Notes: generated from the letters alone by a model not told the origin. 64,000 nucleotides of DNA from an uncultured bacterium (GCA_964596775.1 CAZQVN010000002.1:156296-220295); one strand, 5' to 3'. Shown: positions 1 through 10,042, counted from the first letter of the stretch. Numbers and translations: made by a program.

Positions 1-534
1 CCGGACGGTGTCGACTTCCGGGTACAACACGGCGCATCGCGAGGGGTCGAGGTCGCAGCGGGACGCGGCGATTGCGGCGACGCCGCGGCTGTTGGTCAAG
101 TACAGGGAAGCCGCACCCGTGATTGCGTTCCACAGGGGTCTCCGCCAGCCGGACCAGCGCCGGTGGGCGGACAGGACGTCGTTGCCGTGAACGATGAGGG
201 CGAGTGGAATTCCGTGCCGTCGATGCGCCTGCCAGCAGATGGGACCGAGTGGCCGGATGTTCCCGCAAAGGAGGATGTCCGGACGCTCGGACCGCATCAG
301 TGACTCAAGCCGTGAACTCCAGCGCAGCTGATTGAACGGCCTGTGAGCCGTGCGGAAGTCGAAGGACTCGCGGTACAGGGTCGGGCTCTCCGGCGGGGAG
401 TGACCAGGCCCGGTTGCCGCAACGGTGGAAACGATGATCTCGCCGCCGGGAAAACCGGAGACCAGCGATTCATAGAACCGGGCCATGCCCCCTTCCACCG
501 GAGGGAAGTCCTGGGTCACGAGCAGGACTTTCAC
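1..534 (-). CDS. Glycosyltransferase family 4, N-terminal part; gene continues beyond window start
   Basis: Own translation of the minus strand from GTG at 534..532 gives VKVLLVTQDFPPVEGGMARFYESLVSGFPGGEIIVSTVAATGP..., a typical GT4 N-terminus (LVTQ-FPP--GG). Its start overlaps the stop of the upstream GT4 gene (GTGA). Not in the ORF track because no stop occurs before position 1. Confidence 0.55.
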   Translation of the reverse strand, partial: MKVLLVTQDFPPVEGGMARFYESLVSGFPGGEIIVSTVAATGPGHSPPESPTLYRESFDFRTAHRPFNQLRWSSRLESLMRSERPDILLCGNIRPLGPICWQAHRRHGIPLALIVHGNDVLSAHRRWSGWRRPLWNAITGAASLYLTNSRGVAAIAASRCDLDPSRCAVLYPEVDTVR

Positions 535-1661
535 TGTGACGTCTCGCGAATCAGCCGCTTGTAAAGAGCCTCCGTTCCGTCGATCAGTCGGCCGGGGCCA
601 TACTCCTTTCGCATGTGAGCGATACCCGCTTCCGCCATCCGCTCGCGGGACTCGTGATCCTCGAGAAGCCGCTGAATGCCCGCCGCGAGAGCCTCCGCAT
701 TTCCCGGCGGAACGATGAGTCCGGTTGAACCGTGCAGAACCATTTCGGGAATCGAGTTCAGGTCCGTACCCACGACGGGGACTCCGGATGCCTGGTATTC
801 CATGGCAATGCGGCAGATCGCCTCGGAATCGGTGGAGGCGACGACACCGACGTCGATCGCCCGAATGAGCTGGCGAACATCCGCTGCGGGCGGGCGAAAG
901 AGAATGGAGTCACCGAGATTCAGGTACGAGGCCCTTTCGCGGAGCAGGCCTTCGCTGACGTCGTACGGCGCTCCCGATACCAGGAACCGCGCCCGCGGCA
1001 GGCGCTCACGCACCCGGGCAAAGGCATCCAGTGCCGTCAATTGACCCTTGGCCGCGGTAAACCGGCCGATGAGACCGGCGACCGGGGATCCGGCGGGAAT
1101 CCCCAGCCGGGACCGGGCTTCAACGCGATCCGGTCCCGTGGTCCTGAAGTGATCGACGTCGACACCGGGCTTCAGGGTTACCACTCTGTCCGGGGGGATG
1201 CGAAAACGTCCGTAGTAGCGCTGCCGCATGAAACCGGCGGCCAGGATGTGCGCGGCCGTGTGCTTCTCGTAGAGACGGCGGTTCAGCCAATGAGTCCGCG
1301 GCGGTCGCACATCGCCGCGGGTGCGGACGACGGGCACCGAGTCAGTTCCCGCCAGGGCCAGGGCGGCGAACAGGTGATCCTCCGCTCGATGCGCGTTCAC
1401 GATGTCGAACCGGCTCTCCCTGAGGTACCTGCGAAATCGAAGCAGTGTTCCGGGGAAGTCGAGCCGCCCCGCCTGGAAGTCGAATGCGTCGACAACAGGA
1501 AGGCCGGCATCCCGCGCGGCCGACACGGGGGGGCTTCCCGGAAATCCTCCCAGCACGACCCGGTGTCCACGCGCGGCGAGGCCCACGGAAACTCGAACCG
1601 CGTATTCCGCGCATGCGTTGTACCAGCGCACAGTAGCCAGTTCGAGAATGTGCAGGCTCAT
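531..1661 (-). CDS. Glycosyltransferase family 4 (group 1 glycosyltransferase)
   Basis: 402-aa ORF 531..1739. C-terminal Rossmann region ...VVASTDSEAICRIAMEYQASGVPVVGTDLNSIPEMV... is GT4-like. Start placed at ATG 1661 (MSLHILELATVRW...), which overlaps the stop of the GT9 gene by 4 nt. Confidence 0.7.
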   Translation of the reverse strand: MSLHILELATVRWYNACAEYAVRVSVGLAARGHRVVLGGFPGSPPVSAARDAGLPVVDAFDFQAGRLDFPGTLLRFRRYLRESRFDIVNAHRAEDHLFAALALAGTDSVPVVRTRGDVRPPRTHWLNRRLYEKHTAAHILAAGFMRQRYYGRFRIPPDRVVTLKPGVDVDHFRTTGPDRVEARSRLGIPAGSPVAGLIGRFTAAKGQLTALDAFARVRERLPRARFLVSGAPYDVSEGLLRERASYLNLGDSILFRPPAADVRQLIRAIDVGVVASTDSEAICRIAMEYQASGVPVVGTDLNSIPEMVLHGSTGLIVPPGNAEALAAGIQRLLEDHESRERMAEAGIAHMRKEYGPGRLIDGTEALYKRLIRETSQ

Positions 1662-2740
1662 CGGAACTCCGTGCCCTCGTCGGAGCGCTGGCCGGCATGC
1701 GGGCCAGCGAGCCGGCCGGCCCGGCTGGATTCCTCCCACAGCGCAATCAGTTTCGCCGAAACTTCGGAAGGGGTGACTTCGGCAAGGCAGGTGCAGGGGC
1801 CTTCACCGGCGGAGCAGCGGACGGTGCAGTCTTTCTTTCGTCCCCGGATCACCGCGTGGGGCAGGGAGCGGTTCGTCCAGACGGCCGGATTCTGAGGGCC
1901 GAACAGGGCGAGGGATGGCAGACCCAGTGCCTGGGCCAGTTGCTTTGCACCGCCATCGACACCGGCAAAGACCGCCCCCCGATCCAGGATGGCCATCAGG
2001 CTGCGGATCGACGCTGCGCGGATGACCGGTACACCAGGGGAAGTCATCCCGGAAACCGATGCGAGGATGGACTCCTCCCCCGGGCCTCCGACAAGCACAA
2101 CCGGAGCGGAAACCGCGGAGCGAAAGTCCCGGATGACGGCTGAAAAGGACTTCAGCGACCACCGTTTGTAGGCGCGCCGGCTGGCCGGAGCGACGATGAG
2201 AAGGGGTTCATCGGGTTCCACGCCGGATCGGATCAGCAGATCGCGCGCCGATTCCCTTTCCTCCGGGCTCACATGGATGCGGGGCGTCGCGTCGACGACG
2301 GGAATGCCGGCAGCGCGGACCAGATCCAGTTTCATGTCCGCGGTGTAGCGCGGCGGATCGACAGGCGGAAGGGGAACTGCCTTGGTGTAGGCAATCCGCC
2401 TCCCGCGCAGGGCGAAGCCGATGCGGATCGCGGCGCCGCTTTGAGCGGTCAGCCGGGCGCTCGTCGGGTTTCCGTGGAAATCGAACGCCATGTCCCAGTG
2501 CATGAGGCCAAGCCGGACCCCGCAGGCTGCCGAACGGAGGGCGCCTCTCGGGTGCAGCAGCACTTCATCGATTTCACTGATCCCCAGCAGAACCTCATCG
2601 AACGGGGACTCCGTGAGAACGACGAGACGGCCTTCCGGAAATCGGGCTTTCAGGGCGCGGAATGCAGGTGTTGCCAGAACCAGGTCGCCGAGACGTCGAA
2701 GCTGGATTGCGAGGATGCGGGGGTGGCCCGGGGACGCCAT
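1658..2740 (-). CDS. ADP-heptose:LPS heptosyltransferase (glycosyltransferase family 9)
   Basis: 360-aa ORF. N-terminus ILAIQLRRLGDLVLATPAFRALKARFP matches the GT9 I--RL-SLGD-V--TP signature. Sits in the LPS core context next to msbA and GT4 genes. Confidence 0.7.
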   Translation of the reverse strand: MASPGHPRILAIQLRRLGDLVLATPAFRALKARFPEGRLVVLTESPFDEVLLGISEIDEVLLHPRGALRSAACGVRLGLMHWDMAFDFHGNPTSARLTAQSGAAIRIGFALRGRRIAYTKAVPLPPVDPPRYTADMKLDLVRAAGIPVVDATPRIHVSPEERESARDLLIRSGVEPDEPLLIVAPASRRAYKRWSLKSFSAVIRDFRSAVSAPVVLVGGPGEESILASVSGMTSPGVPVIRAASIRSLMAILDRGAVFAGVDGGAKQLAQALGLPSLALFGPQNPAVWTNRSLPHAVIRGRKKDCTVRCSAGEGPCTCLAEVTPSEVSAKLIALWEESSRAGRLAGPHAGQRSDEGTEFR

Positions 2741-2745
2741 GGGGC

Positions 2746-4659
2746 TTAACGGCCGGGCGCCGGCGCCAGCCGGTCCTCGTCACGGAACTGCATCCGGTAG
2801 AGCCGGCGGTAGACACCGTCGGCCTCCATGAGCTCCGCGTGCGTTCCGGATTCGACGATCTCCCCGTTCAGGACAACCAGGATCAGGTCCGCCTTGACGA
2901 TCGTGGACAACCGGTGAGCGATCACCAGGGTGGTCCTGGCGCTGAGCAGTCGTTCGATTGCCTCCTGCACGAGAGTCTCGGACTCGGTATCCAGGGAGGA
3001 TGTGGCCTCGTCGAAGATGAGGATGGGCGGGTTCTTGAGAATGGCCCTGGCTATGGCAAGTCGCTGGCGTTGTCCTCCGGACAGGAGTTGTCCCGCCTCG
3101 CCGATCATCGAGTCATATCCGGCCGGCATGCGGACGATGAAGTCGTGCGCGTTGGCCGCGCGTGCGGCGGCCTCGATGTCCTCGCGGCCGGCCTCCGGCA
3201 TCCCGTAGGCGATGTTGGCGGCCACCGTGTCGTTGAAGAGGATGGTTTCCTGCGTGACTATCCCCATGATGCGGCGCAGGTCCTTGAGATTGAGATCGCG
3301 CGAGTCCACGCCGTCGATGTCTATCGAGCCTGAAGTGGCTTCGTAGAATCTCGGAAGCAGGTCCACCAGCGTCGTCTTCCCGCCACCGGATGGCCCGACG
3401 ATCGCCACGGTCTGCCCGGAAGCAATGGAAAAATCGATGTTCCGGAGAACCGGCGTGCCCTCGTCATAGGAAAAGCAGACGTTGTTGTAGCGGATCGAGT
3501 TCCGGAATCCGGTAATCGGGCGGCCAACGCCGGTCAGGGGTTCGGTCGGCGTGTCCATCAGCGCAAACACGCGCTCCGCCGCGGCAAGTCCCCGCTGGAT
3601 TTTTCCGATGGCGCCGCTGATTTCCTTGAGCGGATGCATCAGCGAGAACATCGCGAAGAGAAACAGGAAGAACTTGCCGGCCGTCAGCGGAGAAGCCGGG
3701 TCGAGCACCTGGAGACCGCCGTACCACAGAACGATGATCCCGATCGACACGCCCCAGAACTCCGACAAGGGGGCGGCGGCAAGATCGACGGATATCAGCC
3801 TGGTAACGACGCGCCGATAGCGCTGGGAGGCGGCCATGAAACGCCCGGCCTCCACGTCCTCGCTGGCAAACGCCTTGACGACGCGCGAGGCGCGGAGGGT
3901 TTCCTGCAGTCGCTCGGTGATGTCGGACAGCCGCTCCTGGGCCCGTCCGGAATACTTCTTGAGCTTCACCGCCAGTCGCCCGAGAAGAAACATCAGCGGG
4001 GGAAGGATCACGAACGTCAGCAGGGCGAGCGGAACGGACACCCAGAACGTGATGCAGAGGTAGACGACGGCCTGGAACAGGTTGTGCACGATCTGGGCTG
4101 CACCGGACACGGTGAAGTTCTTGATCGCCTCAACGTCGTTCACCGCCCGGGAAATGAGCCCTCCACTGTGGTTGCGGTCCAGCGCCGACAGGGGCAGGTG
4201 GATGATGCGGGCGTAGAGGTCGTTCCGGATGTCCTCCGCGGCGCGTTGTTCGATGCGCACGAAGGTGATCTTCCGCAGGTAGTCGGACATGTTCCGCAGA
4301 AAGACGAGAACCAGGACGGAAAGGCAGACGATCTTGAGGATATCCTTCCGCGGCGCGGAGGCGAAGATCCGGTCGGTGCGTTTGAGGGCGATGTTTTTCA
4401 GGTCGGCGGGGAGCGAGGTGATCTCTCCACGGCCAAGCCGGTCGCGGGTTTCATGAAGAAGTCCGGTGAACTCTTCGGCTGCGGATACCGTGCTGTCGGA
4501 CGCCGGGGCACCCTTGACGAACACCCGATCCATGATCGGATAGACCATTCCGATCGAGAAGCCGGACAGCAGGGCATAGGCCGCCATGCAGAAGAAGCCG
4601 AACAGCAGCTTTTTCCACTGGGGCTGAAAGTACTTGAGCAGGCGTCGATTCAGGGACAT
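2746..4659 (-). CDS. msbA: Lipid A/LPS export ABC transporter, fused permease + ATPase (MsbA-like)
   Basis: 637-aa ORF with an N-terminal 6-TM-like hydrophobic domain. Walker A GPSGGGKTT, ABC signature LSGGQRQRLAIARA, Walker B ILIFDEATSSLD. Adjacent to heptosyltransferase and GT4 genes. Confidence 0.8.
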   Translation of the reverse strand: MSLNRRLLKYFQPQWKKLLFGFFCMAAYALLSGFSIGMVYPIMDRVFVKGAPASDSTVSAAEEFTGLLHETRDRLGRGEITSLPADLKNIALKRTDRIFASAPRKDILKIVCLSVLVLVFLRNMSDYLRKITFVRIEQRAAEDIRNDLYARIIHLPLSALDRNHSGGLISRAVNDVEAIKNFTVSGAAQIVHNLFQAVVYLCITFWVSVPLALLTFVILPPLMFLLGRLAVKLKKYSGRAQERLSDITERLQETLRASRVVKAFASEDVEAGRFMAASQRYRRVVTRLISVDLAAAPLSEFWGVSIGIIVLWYGGLQVLDPASPLTAGKFFLFLFAMFSLMHPLKEISGAIGKIQRGLAAAERVFALMDTPTEPLTGVGRPITGFRNSIRYNNVCFSYDEGTPVLRNIDFSIASGQTVAIVGPSGGGKTTLVDLLPRFYEATSGSIDIDGVDSRDLNLKDLRRIMGIVTQETILFNDTVAANIAYGMPEAGREDIEAAARAANAHDFIVRMPAGYDSMIGEAGQLLSGGQRQRLAIARAILKNPPILIFDEATSSLDTESETLVQEAIERLLSARTTLVIAHRLSTIVKADLILVVLNGEIVESGTHAELMEADGVYRRLYRMQFRDEDRLAPAPGR

Positions 4660-4766
4660 TGAGAGGTTTTCGATCTCCCGGCGCAGGCCGAGGGGATAAG
4701 CCGAACGGAGAGGCTATAGGCCTCTCCGTTCGGCGTCAACCTGGATGTCCCGGGCACGGCAAACCG

Positions 4767-7700
4767 TCAGCGGATCATGGTCATGCTTCGGCTCTCGCGG
4801 CCGTGCGGGGTCGTGATGCTGTAGAAATAGACACCGGAAGAAACGGGTTGCCCGCTTGCGTCCATGCCGTCCCACCCGACTTCATACTCGCCCCCGGGCA
4901 TCGGGGAATCGACCAGGACTCTGACGAGCCGGCCGGTCGCGGAGTAGATGGAAAGTCGAACCGGAACGGTGGTCCCCGTCCGATCCGAGGTCTCGATCCG
5001 GTACGGGATTCTCGTCACCGGATTGAATGGGTTCGGGTAGTTCTGCTTCAGGACGTATGGCTTGATCCCGGCCGCCGGCGTTTCGGGAACCGCGGTCTGC
5101 AGGAACAGGGGTTCGGCCAGGTTTCCCGTGTGGCGTGCGTCGTGATGAAACATCGGCCAGGGACTGGCCATCTTGTTGAACGTCCACGGAGTGTCCCAGA
5201 TGTAGACCTTCTGGTCGAAGGATTCGGCAACGATCTCGGTCAGGCCGTCGCCGTCCAGGTCCCAGGCCGCCGGGCCACCTTCGATCAGGTTGCCGGTCTG
5301 GATGGGGAAGCCGGGAAGTTTCGTCCCGTTGGCGTAGAAAGCATGAAGCCGGCCTTCCTGGTCTCCGACGATCACCTCGGGAACGCCGTTGTTGTCCACG
5401 TCGACCAGGATCGGGCTGGAGCGTACCGGAACGTTCTGGCCGAGGTTGTTCGTGATGATGACGGGCCACCCGGCCAGGATGGCGCCGGTGTTCCGCCAGG
5501 CGAAGACGCGACCGTTCGAGGCGCCACAGACTATGTCCGGTATGCCGTCACCGGTGAGGTCCCCGACCGCCGGGGAAGAGTCGAAATCCTCGTTCATCGA
5601 AATGCCCTGCGGCCATCCCGTCACCATGGTGCCGTTCGCCTTGAGAACCTGCATCTGGATGCTGGTGGAAGTGCTGGCAGCGACGACGATATCGGGCTGG
5701 CCGTCGTTGTCGATGTCGGCAACGGCCGGCGACGCCGTGATGTTGCCTCCGGCGCTGTAGGGGAATCCCGGCATGTTCGCACCGGTTATCGGATTCATCA
5801 CGTACACCTTGCCGTCCCGCATTCCGCAGATCAGTTCCGGCATTCCGTCTCCGTTCAGATCGGCGAGCGCCGGCGTTGCGTAGGAGTAGGCCGTGGGGGT
5901 CAGGCGCAGGACACCGATCGTCGCGGGGTTGGAATCCCCGTCGACGATTTCCGTTCCATCGTGATGAAATCCGAAAATGGCCCGAGCGCACTGAACGAAC
6001 AACTCGAGGTCGCCGTCGCCGTCCACGTCGCCCATGGTCACCGATCCGAGCGGATTCGGGTCGATCAGGGACTGGACGTTCAGATTCTTCGGCCAGCCCG
6101 GCTTGATCTGCCCCTTGTTGTTCCAGAGGTAGAGATTCGTCGGCCAGGAAACGGCCGCCACATCCGGAATGCCGTCCGGTTCGACATCACCGACCGCCGG
6201 GGCGTTCCAGAATCCGAATCCGCCGGTGTTCGTCAGTGGTCCGAGGGTCCGGATGTCGCCGTCGCCGTCGAAGAATTCCTCGCCGTTCGGCTGAAGGGCG
6301 TAGACTTCCTCGGCCCCGGCCAGGATCTCGATATCCCCGTTGTAGTCGAGGTCGGCGAGGGTCACCGATGCGTTCGTCGCCGCGGTCAGCTCCACCGGGA
6401 AGCCGGGATGAATGGGAAGCGTGGTGGATGCGGATGCCTCGACCGACAGCGGTCCCTCGATTCCCGCCGAATCCTGGGGGGCGACCTTGTAATAGAAAAC
6501 CGAGAGCGGCGGAAGCCCTTCGTCGTTGTAGTAGGCGGTCCGCTTCGTCGTGTACTGATTCACCCGTGTATAGGGGCCACCCATCGTCGCGCTTCGATAG
6601 ATGTTGTAACCGGCGAGGTCGGCGGTGGACACCGGGTCGAACGTCAGGGCGATCGAACCCGTGGATCCAATGGCCTTCATGCCCGACGGGGCGAACAGCG
6701 GTCCTACCGGATCGATGAGAATCGTGGCCAGGGGCGTGGACGGACTGTAGGTGTCATGGAAGTCCACGAACATCCGATGCGCGCTTGTGGCGGCCCCGGT
6801 CGTGTCGACCATGCGGAATCCGAACGTGTCCGTCGGAGGGCGCGATACCGCACGCGTTCCACCGGCGATCGTTCCGAAGTCGACGACGCTGTCCGTCAGG
6901 ACAAAAACGGGATCCGTTGAGCGGAGCTTCGCGATGATCGAGCGCGCCTGCCCGAGTCCGCCGTTGCGGAGTTCCACGCGGAGCCGGATATCCTCGTTCG
7001 GCTCGACGATGTTGTTGGAGTTGCCCGTTCCCGTCGTGTCACGCACGAACATCCGGTGCCACTCGAAGACCGGGGCGTGAACATACAGCACGATGTCCTC
7101 GACGATCGTTGCGGCCCCGGATACGTACGTCATCCGGACTTTGGCTTCCGTGCGGTCCGGGGCGGTGCGGCCGACCGTGAAGACGATCGGGTCCGCGGGG
7201 TTTCCTGCGGCTCCGGATCCCAGGGCCGCGTACGTCGATGTGGAGTCGGACACGGTGATGAAAGGCGACAGGGACGTCATTGTCGCCGTGATCGCGGCTC
7301 CGGTAGCCCCGCCGCGGTTGCGGAGCGGCAGGGACAACTCGATGGTCTCGCCGGAATCGATCTTGCCGTCGGAGTTGCCGAAGCTGGCCCCGGTGGCATT
7401 GTCGTCGATCACCTGGCTCGTGGCATGGAGATAGGGCGTGACCGGCGTGGTGACGGTGCCCGATCCCAGGTAGGGGATCTTGTTGTCGGCCACCACGGTC
7501 ACCTGGAAGGTTCCGGTGGAGTCGGGAACGAACGACAGTACGGCGTTCCCCGAGGCGTTCGTGTATCCGACCACGTACTCGTCATTGGCCTTGTTGATGC
7601 AGACGCGCGCGGAGTCGACCGGATTGCCGCCGCTCAGGACGCTGACGGAATAATTGGCGGTGCCGAGCGGATGCGTGGCGCTGTGCGAGACAGCCAGCGG

Positions 7701-9611
7701 CGCCGGCGAAACCGTGTAGATCGGCATCGACGGATCACCGAAGTAGATCTGGGTGAACTGGGTCCAGCGGTGCGTGTTGTCCTGGGACGAGAGTGGAATG
7801 AAGGGGAGCTTGCTGTCCGACTCGGCACGGCCGAGTTCGTGAATCCCGGCCTGGAAAACCAGTCTGTAGAATTCATTCTGGTAGGACCACCCCGTGGACG
7901 GAAAATCGAACCGGGTCGACCCGACGCTCGCCACGGAACCGCCGTTCGGGTTCAGCAGGTAGCGTTCCGCGATGCAGTTGAAGTCGATCGCCGAAGAGGT
8001 GCAGTTGATGGCATAGAGAAAGAACGTCTCGTCGCCGTTGGACGCGGCGTCCGCGTCCGCGTTCGTCAGGGCCTTGTCGTCCTTTCCGACCGCCATGGTG
8101 TTGATGTAGCCGTGTCCGACGTGATGGACGATCCCGTAACCGGCGTTGATGGAGTCCACGACGGTCGGCTTGTCTTCGAGTATGCAGGTCGGCCACGCGG
8201 CGTGCGGACAGCGTTCGTACAGCTTCGTGACCGTCCAGTTGCCGGGCAGGTAGGAAATGGCGCTCTGGCAGACGTCGGCCCCGTCGAACAGAACCGAATC
8301 TCCGGGCGAATAGTTCTGGGGGAAGAGCACTTCACCCAGGGCCAGGAAATCGTCCTGATAACCGTTGGCCTTGGGTGCCATCTCGTAGGCGAGGATCTTG
8401 TTGACGACGTGCATGGCCTCGGTCTGGGTGATCGTGGAGAGGCGCCCGATCCAGACTTCGGGGTAGAGGTCCGCGGCGTCGCCTGGAATCAGGGTGGAAC
8501 CGAAGCCCTCGCCGTACTTGGCGTCGCCGTCGGCGTTCCAGGTGCCGTCCACGCACTGGTAGTAGAGGTCGGTGGGAATCTCCTCCCCGCCGAAGAACAA
8601 CGTGCGTCCGTAGCGGGTCGGAATCACGTCCGTGTCGGCGCCGAGAAGTACCCACACGGTGCCCCACTTCTGGGCGGCGTCCCGGATGAAATTGCGGATC
8701 GTTTCCTGCGTGTCGCTCCCGTTCGGGTAGTTCTGCTGGATCCAGGCGACGGTGCGCACCACGGTCGGGATGCCCGAGCGTGTCTTCCAGTCGGCAAGGC
8801 GCTGATACTCCGGTTCCATGACCGAGTTCGTGATGATCACCATTTCCACGGGGCTGCCGTTGACCGACGGCCGGAAAGTGGGGGCGAACGGGGCGCCGCT
8901 GTTGGTGAGGGGACGCAACTCTCCCTCGGACTTCCGGGCGGCCGATGCCGGCGTCCCATTGATCGCGAGGTTTTCGGCGAGCTGTCCGAACGTGGCATCC
9001 GCCCATGGTTCACGGCGGAGCGGGACGAAGTCCTGGGACCGGTCGCGATCGTCTTCCGCCAGGCGCACTTCGATTTCGATTCGGGTTACGAGGTCCAGCC
9101 GGGATTCCCGCTCAATGAACCGGAACGGGGTCACGATCACTCCGCCGAGAGTCCGCCCGCGCATGCGACCGGTCGTGCCCGGTCGCACCAGTTCGGCCGG
9201 ATAGGCGCCTTCGCCATCGAGGGCCATGGGGGCGGCGGGAATATCCAGCATCCGTCCATCACTGTTCACGGTTCGGTAGACCGCGGGACTGAAAAGTCCC
9301 TTGAGGGTCCTGGATTCCAGGACCCGCGCCGTCGCGCCGTCGACTTTCATCCCTTCCGGAAGGCGGAACGTGATCGGAAGGACCGGCAGGTCGGGCGCCC
9401 CTTCCACGCCGGAAATAGTCCCCCCGCGAAGATGGATGACATCCGTGCCGCCCCTCCTGACGATCGAAACATCAGAAGGGGAGATCTCCACGACCTGTCG
9501 GAGGATCAGCGGTTCCCCCCCCAGCGCGGGTTCGGGTCCGATGGTTCCAAACGTGACTGCTGCGGCCAGGAGGAAACAGGAAAACAACGAGCGGCGGGAG
9601 GAATGAGTCAT
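4767..9611 (-). CDS. Secreted gingipain-like cysteine peptidase (C25 family) with FG-GAP repeats and a T9SS C-terminal sorting domain
   Basis: 1620-aa ORF (4767..9629). Start chosen at ATG 9611 (MTHSSRRSLFSCFLLAAAVTFG..., preceded by GAGAGG). N-terminal signal peptide with an SRRSLF twin-arginine-like stretch. C25-like catalytic region ...YGIVHHVGHGYIN... / ...FFLYAINCTSS... Multiple FG-GAP/VCBS-like repeats (DLNGDGMPELI, DIDNDGQPDIVV, DLTGDGIPDIVCG, DVDNNGVPEVIVG, DLDGDGLTEIVA). C-terminus KQNYPNPFNPVTRIPYRI...GVYFYSITT is the T9SS type-A CTD signature. Confidence 0.6.
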   Translation of the reverse strand: MTHSSRRSLFSCFLLAAAVTFGTIGPEPALGGEPLILRQVVEISPSDVSIVRRGGTDVIHLRGGTISGVEGAPDLPVLPITFRLPEGMKVDGATARVLESRTLKGLFSPAVYRTVNSDGRMLDIPAAPMALDGEGAYPAELVRPGTTGRMRGRTLGGVIVTPFRFIERESRLDLVTRIEIEVRLAEDDRDRSQDFVPLRREPWADATFGQLAENLAINGTPASAARKSEGELRPLTNSGAPFAPTFRPSVNGSPVEMVIITNSVMEPEYQRLADWKTRSGIPTVVRTVAWIQQNYPNGSDTQETIRNFIRDAAQKWGTVWVLLGADTDVIPTRYGRTLFFGGEEIPTDLYYQCVDGTWNADGDAKYGEGFGSTLIPGDAADLYPEVWIGRLSTITQTEAMHVVNKILAYEMAPKANGYQDDFLALGEVLFPQNYSPGDSVLFDGADVCQSAISYLPGNWTVTKLYERCPHAAWPTCILEDKPTVVDSINAGYGIVHHVGHGYINTMAVGKDDKALTNADADAASNGDETFFLYAINCTSSAIDFNCIAERYLLNPNGGSVASVGSTRFDFPSTGWSYQNEFYRLVFQAGIHELGRAESDSKLPFIPLSSQDNTHRWTQFTQIYFGDPSMPIYTVSPAPLAVSHSATHPLGTANYSVSVLSGGNPVDSARVCINKANDEYVVGYTNASGNAVLSFVPDSTGTFQVTVVADNKIPYLGSGTVTTPVTPYLHATSQVIDDNATGASFGNSDGKIDSGETIELSLPLRNRGGATGAAITATMTSLSPFITVSDSTSTYAALGSGAAGNPADPIVFTVGRTAPDRTEAKVRMTYVSGAATIVEDIVLYVHAPVFEWHRMFVRDTTGTGNSNNIVEPNEDIRLRVELRNGGLGQARSIIAKLRSTDPVFVLTDSVVDFGTIAGGTRAVSRPPTDTFGFRMVDTTGAATSAHRMFVDFHDTYSPSTPLATILIDPVGPLFAPSGMKAIGSTGSIALTFDPVSTADLAGYNIYRSATMGGPYTRVNQYTTKRTAYYNDEGLPPLSVFYYKVAPQDSAGIEGPLSVEASASTTLPIHPGFPVELTAATNASVTLADLDYNGDIEILAGAEEVYALQPNGEEFFDGDGDIRTLGPLTNTGGFGFWNAPAVGDVEPDGIPDVAAVSWPTNLYLWNNKGQIKPGWPKNLNVQSLIDPNPLGSVTMGDVDGDGDLELFVQCARAIFGFHHDGTEIVDGDSNPATIGVLRLTPTAYSYATPALADLNGDGMPELICGMRDGKVYVMNPITGANMPGFPYSAGGNITASPAVADIDNDGQPDIVVAASTSTSIQMQVLKANGTMVTGWPQGISMNEDFDSSPAVGDLTGDGIPDIVCGASNGRVFAWRNTGAILAGWPVIITNNLGQNVPVRSSPILVDVDNNGVPEVIVGDQEGRLHAFYANGTKLPGFPIQTGNLIEGGPAAWDLDGDGLTEIVAESFDQKVYIWDTPWTFNKMASPWPMFHHDARHTGNLAEPLFLQTAVPETPAAGIKPYVLKQNYPNPFNPVTRIPYRIETSDRTGTTVPVRLSIYSATGRLVRVLVDSPMPGGEYEVGWDGMDASGQPVSSGVYFYSITTPHGRESRSMTMIR

Positions 9612-9922
9612 GCGCACAATACCTCTCAAGGAGTCTCGATGCAGGGTTAGAGGACATCGTGAGCCGACGTGCGCCGGGGGTAGCAGCGCCGACCAGTAAT
9701 AAACCTCTTGCGTAAGAACACAAGGATTATGTCAAAGGCGTCCGGATCGGTCAAAAGAAATCACCTGGCGGCAAAGCCGGAAATTGAAAAAAGGGGGGTT
9801 GTGCCGGGCCGCGTGGCGGTTAGAATCCCCGTTTCCGCTCGTTTTGCCCGGTTGTGGCGGATTTCACCGTTTCCGGCCGGAAAAACGACTCACGAACCGC
9901 CGTTCCGGCGGCAGGAGATTTC

Positions 9923-10042
9923 ATGGCTTCAGAACGCAAGAGAGAGATCAAGAGACGGCGCAAGCGCAGGGAAGAGAGAGAAAAGACACGCAAGAAGGAG
10001 GCGATCGCACGGGGGAAGAAAGGAACGGCCCGCGCGCGTTGA
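9923..10042 (+). CDS. Candidate small (39 aa) highly basic protein MASERKREIKRRRKRREEREKTRKKEAIARGKKGTARAR
   Basis: ATG at 9923 preceded by AGGAG (9913..9917) with a 5-nt spacer. Lies inside a 577-nt intergenic region between divergent genes. Codon usage (many AGA/AGG) is atypical for this genome, so it may not be coding. Confidence 0.25.
   Translation: MASERKREIKRRRKRREEREKTRKKEAIARGKKGTARAR

Noticed and set aside
343-718. Plus-strand ORFs 343..564 and 485..718 at the window start
   Set aside because: They lie antisense to the partial GT4 gene (1..534) and the GT4 gene. Their translations are low-complexity with no motifs.
4659-9650. Very long ORFs antisense to the C25/T9SS cargo gene (4659..6920, 753 aa; 7056..9650, 864 aa)
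   Set aside because: Arg/Gly/Asp-rich, low-complexity translations typical of frame-shifted high-GC DNA. They fully overlap a gene with clear domain architecture on the opposite strand.
9816-9845. tRNA-like T-loop sequence GGTTAGAATCCCCG in the intergenic region
   Set aside because: Flanking sequence does not form a T-stem, acceptor stem or anticodon arm. No cloverleaf can be drawn, so it is not a tRNA.
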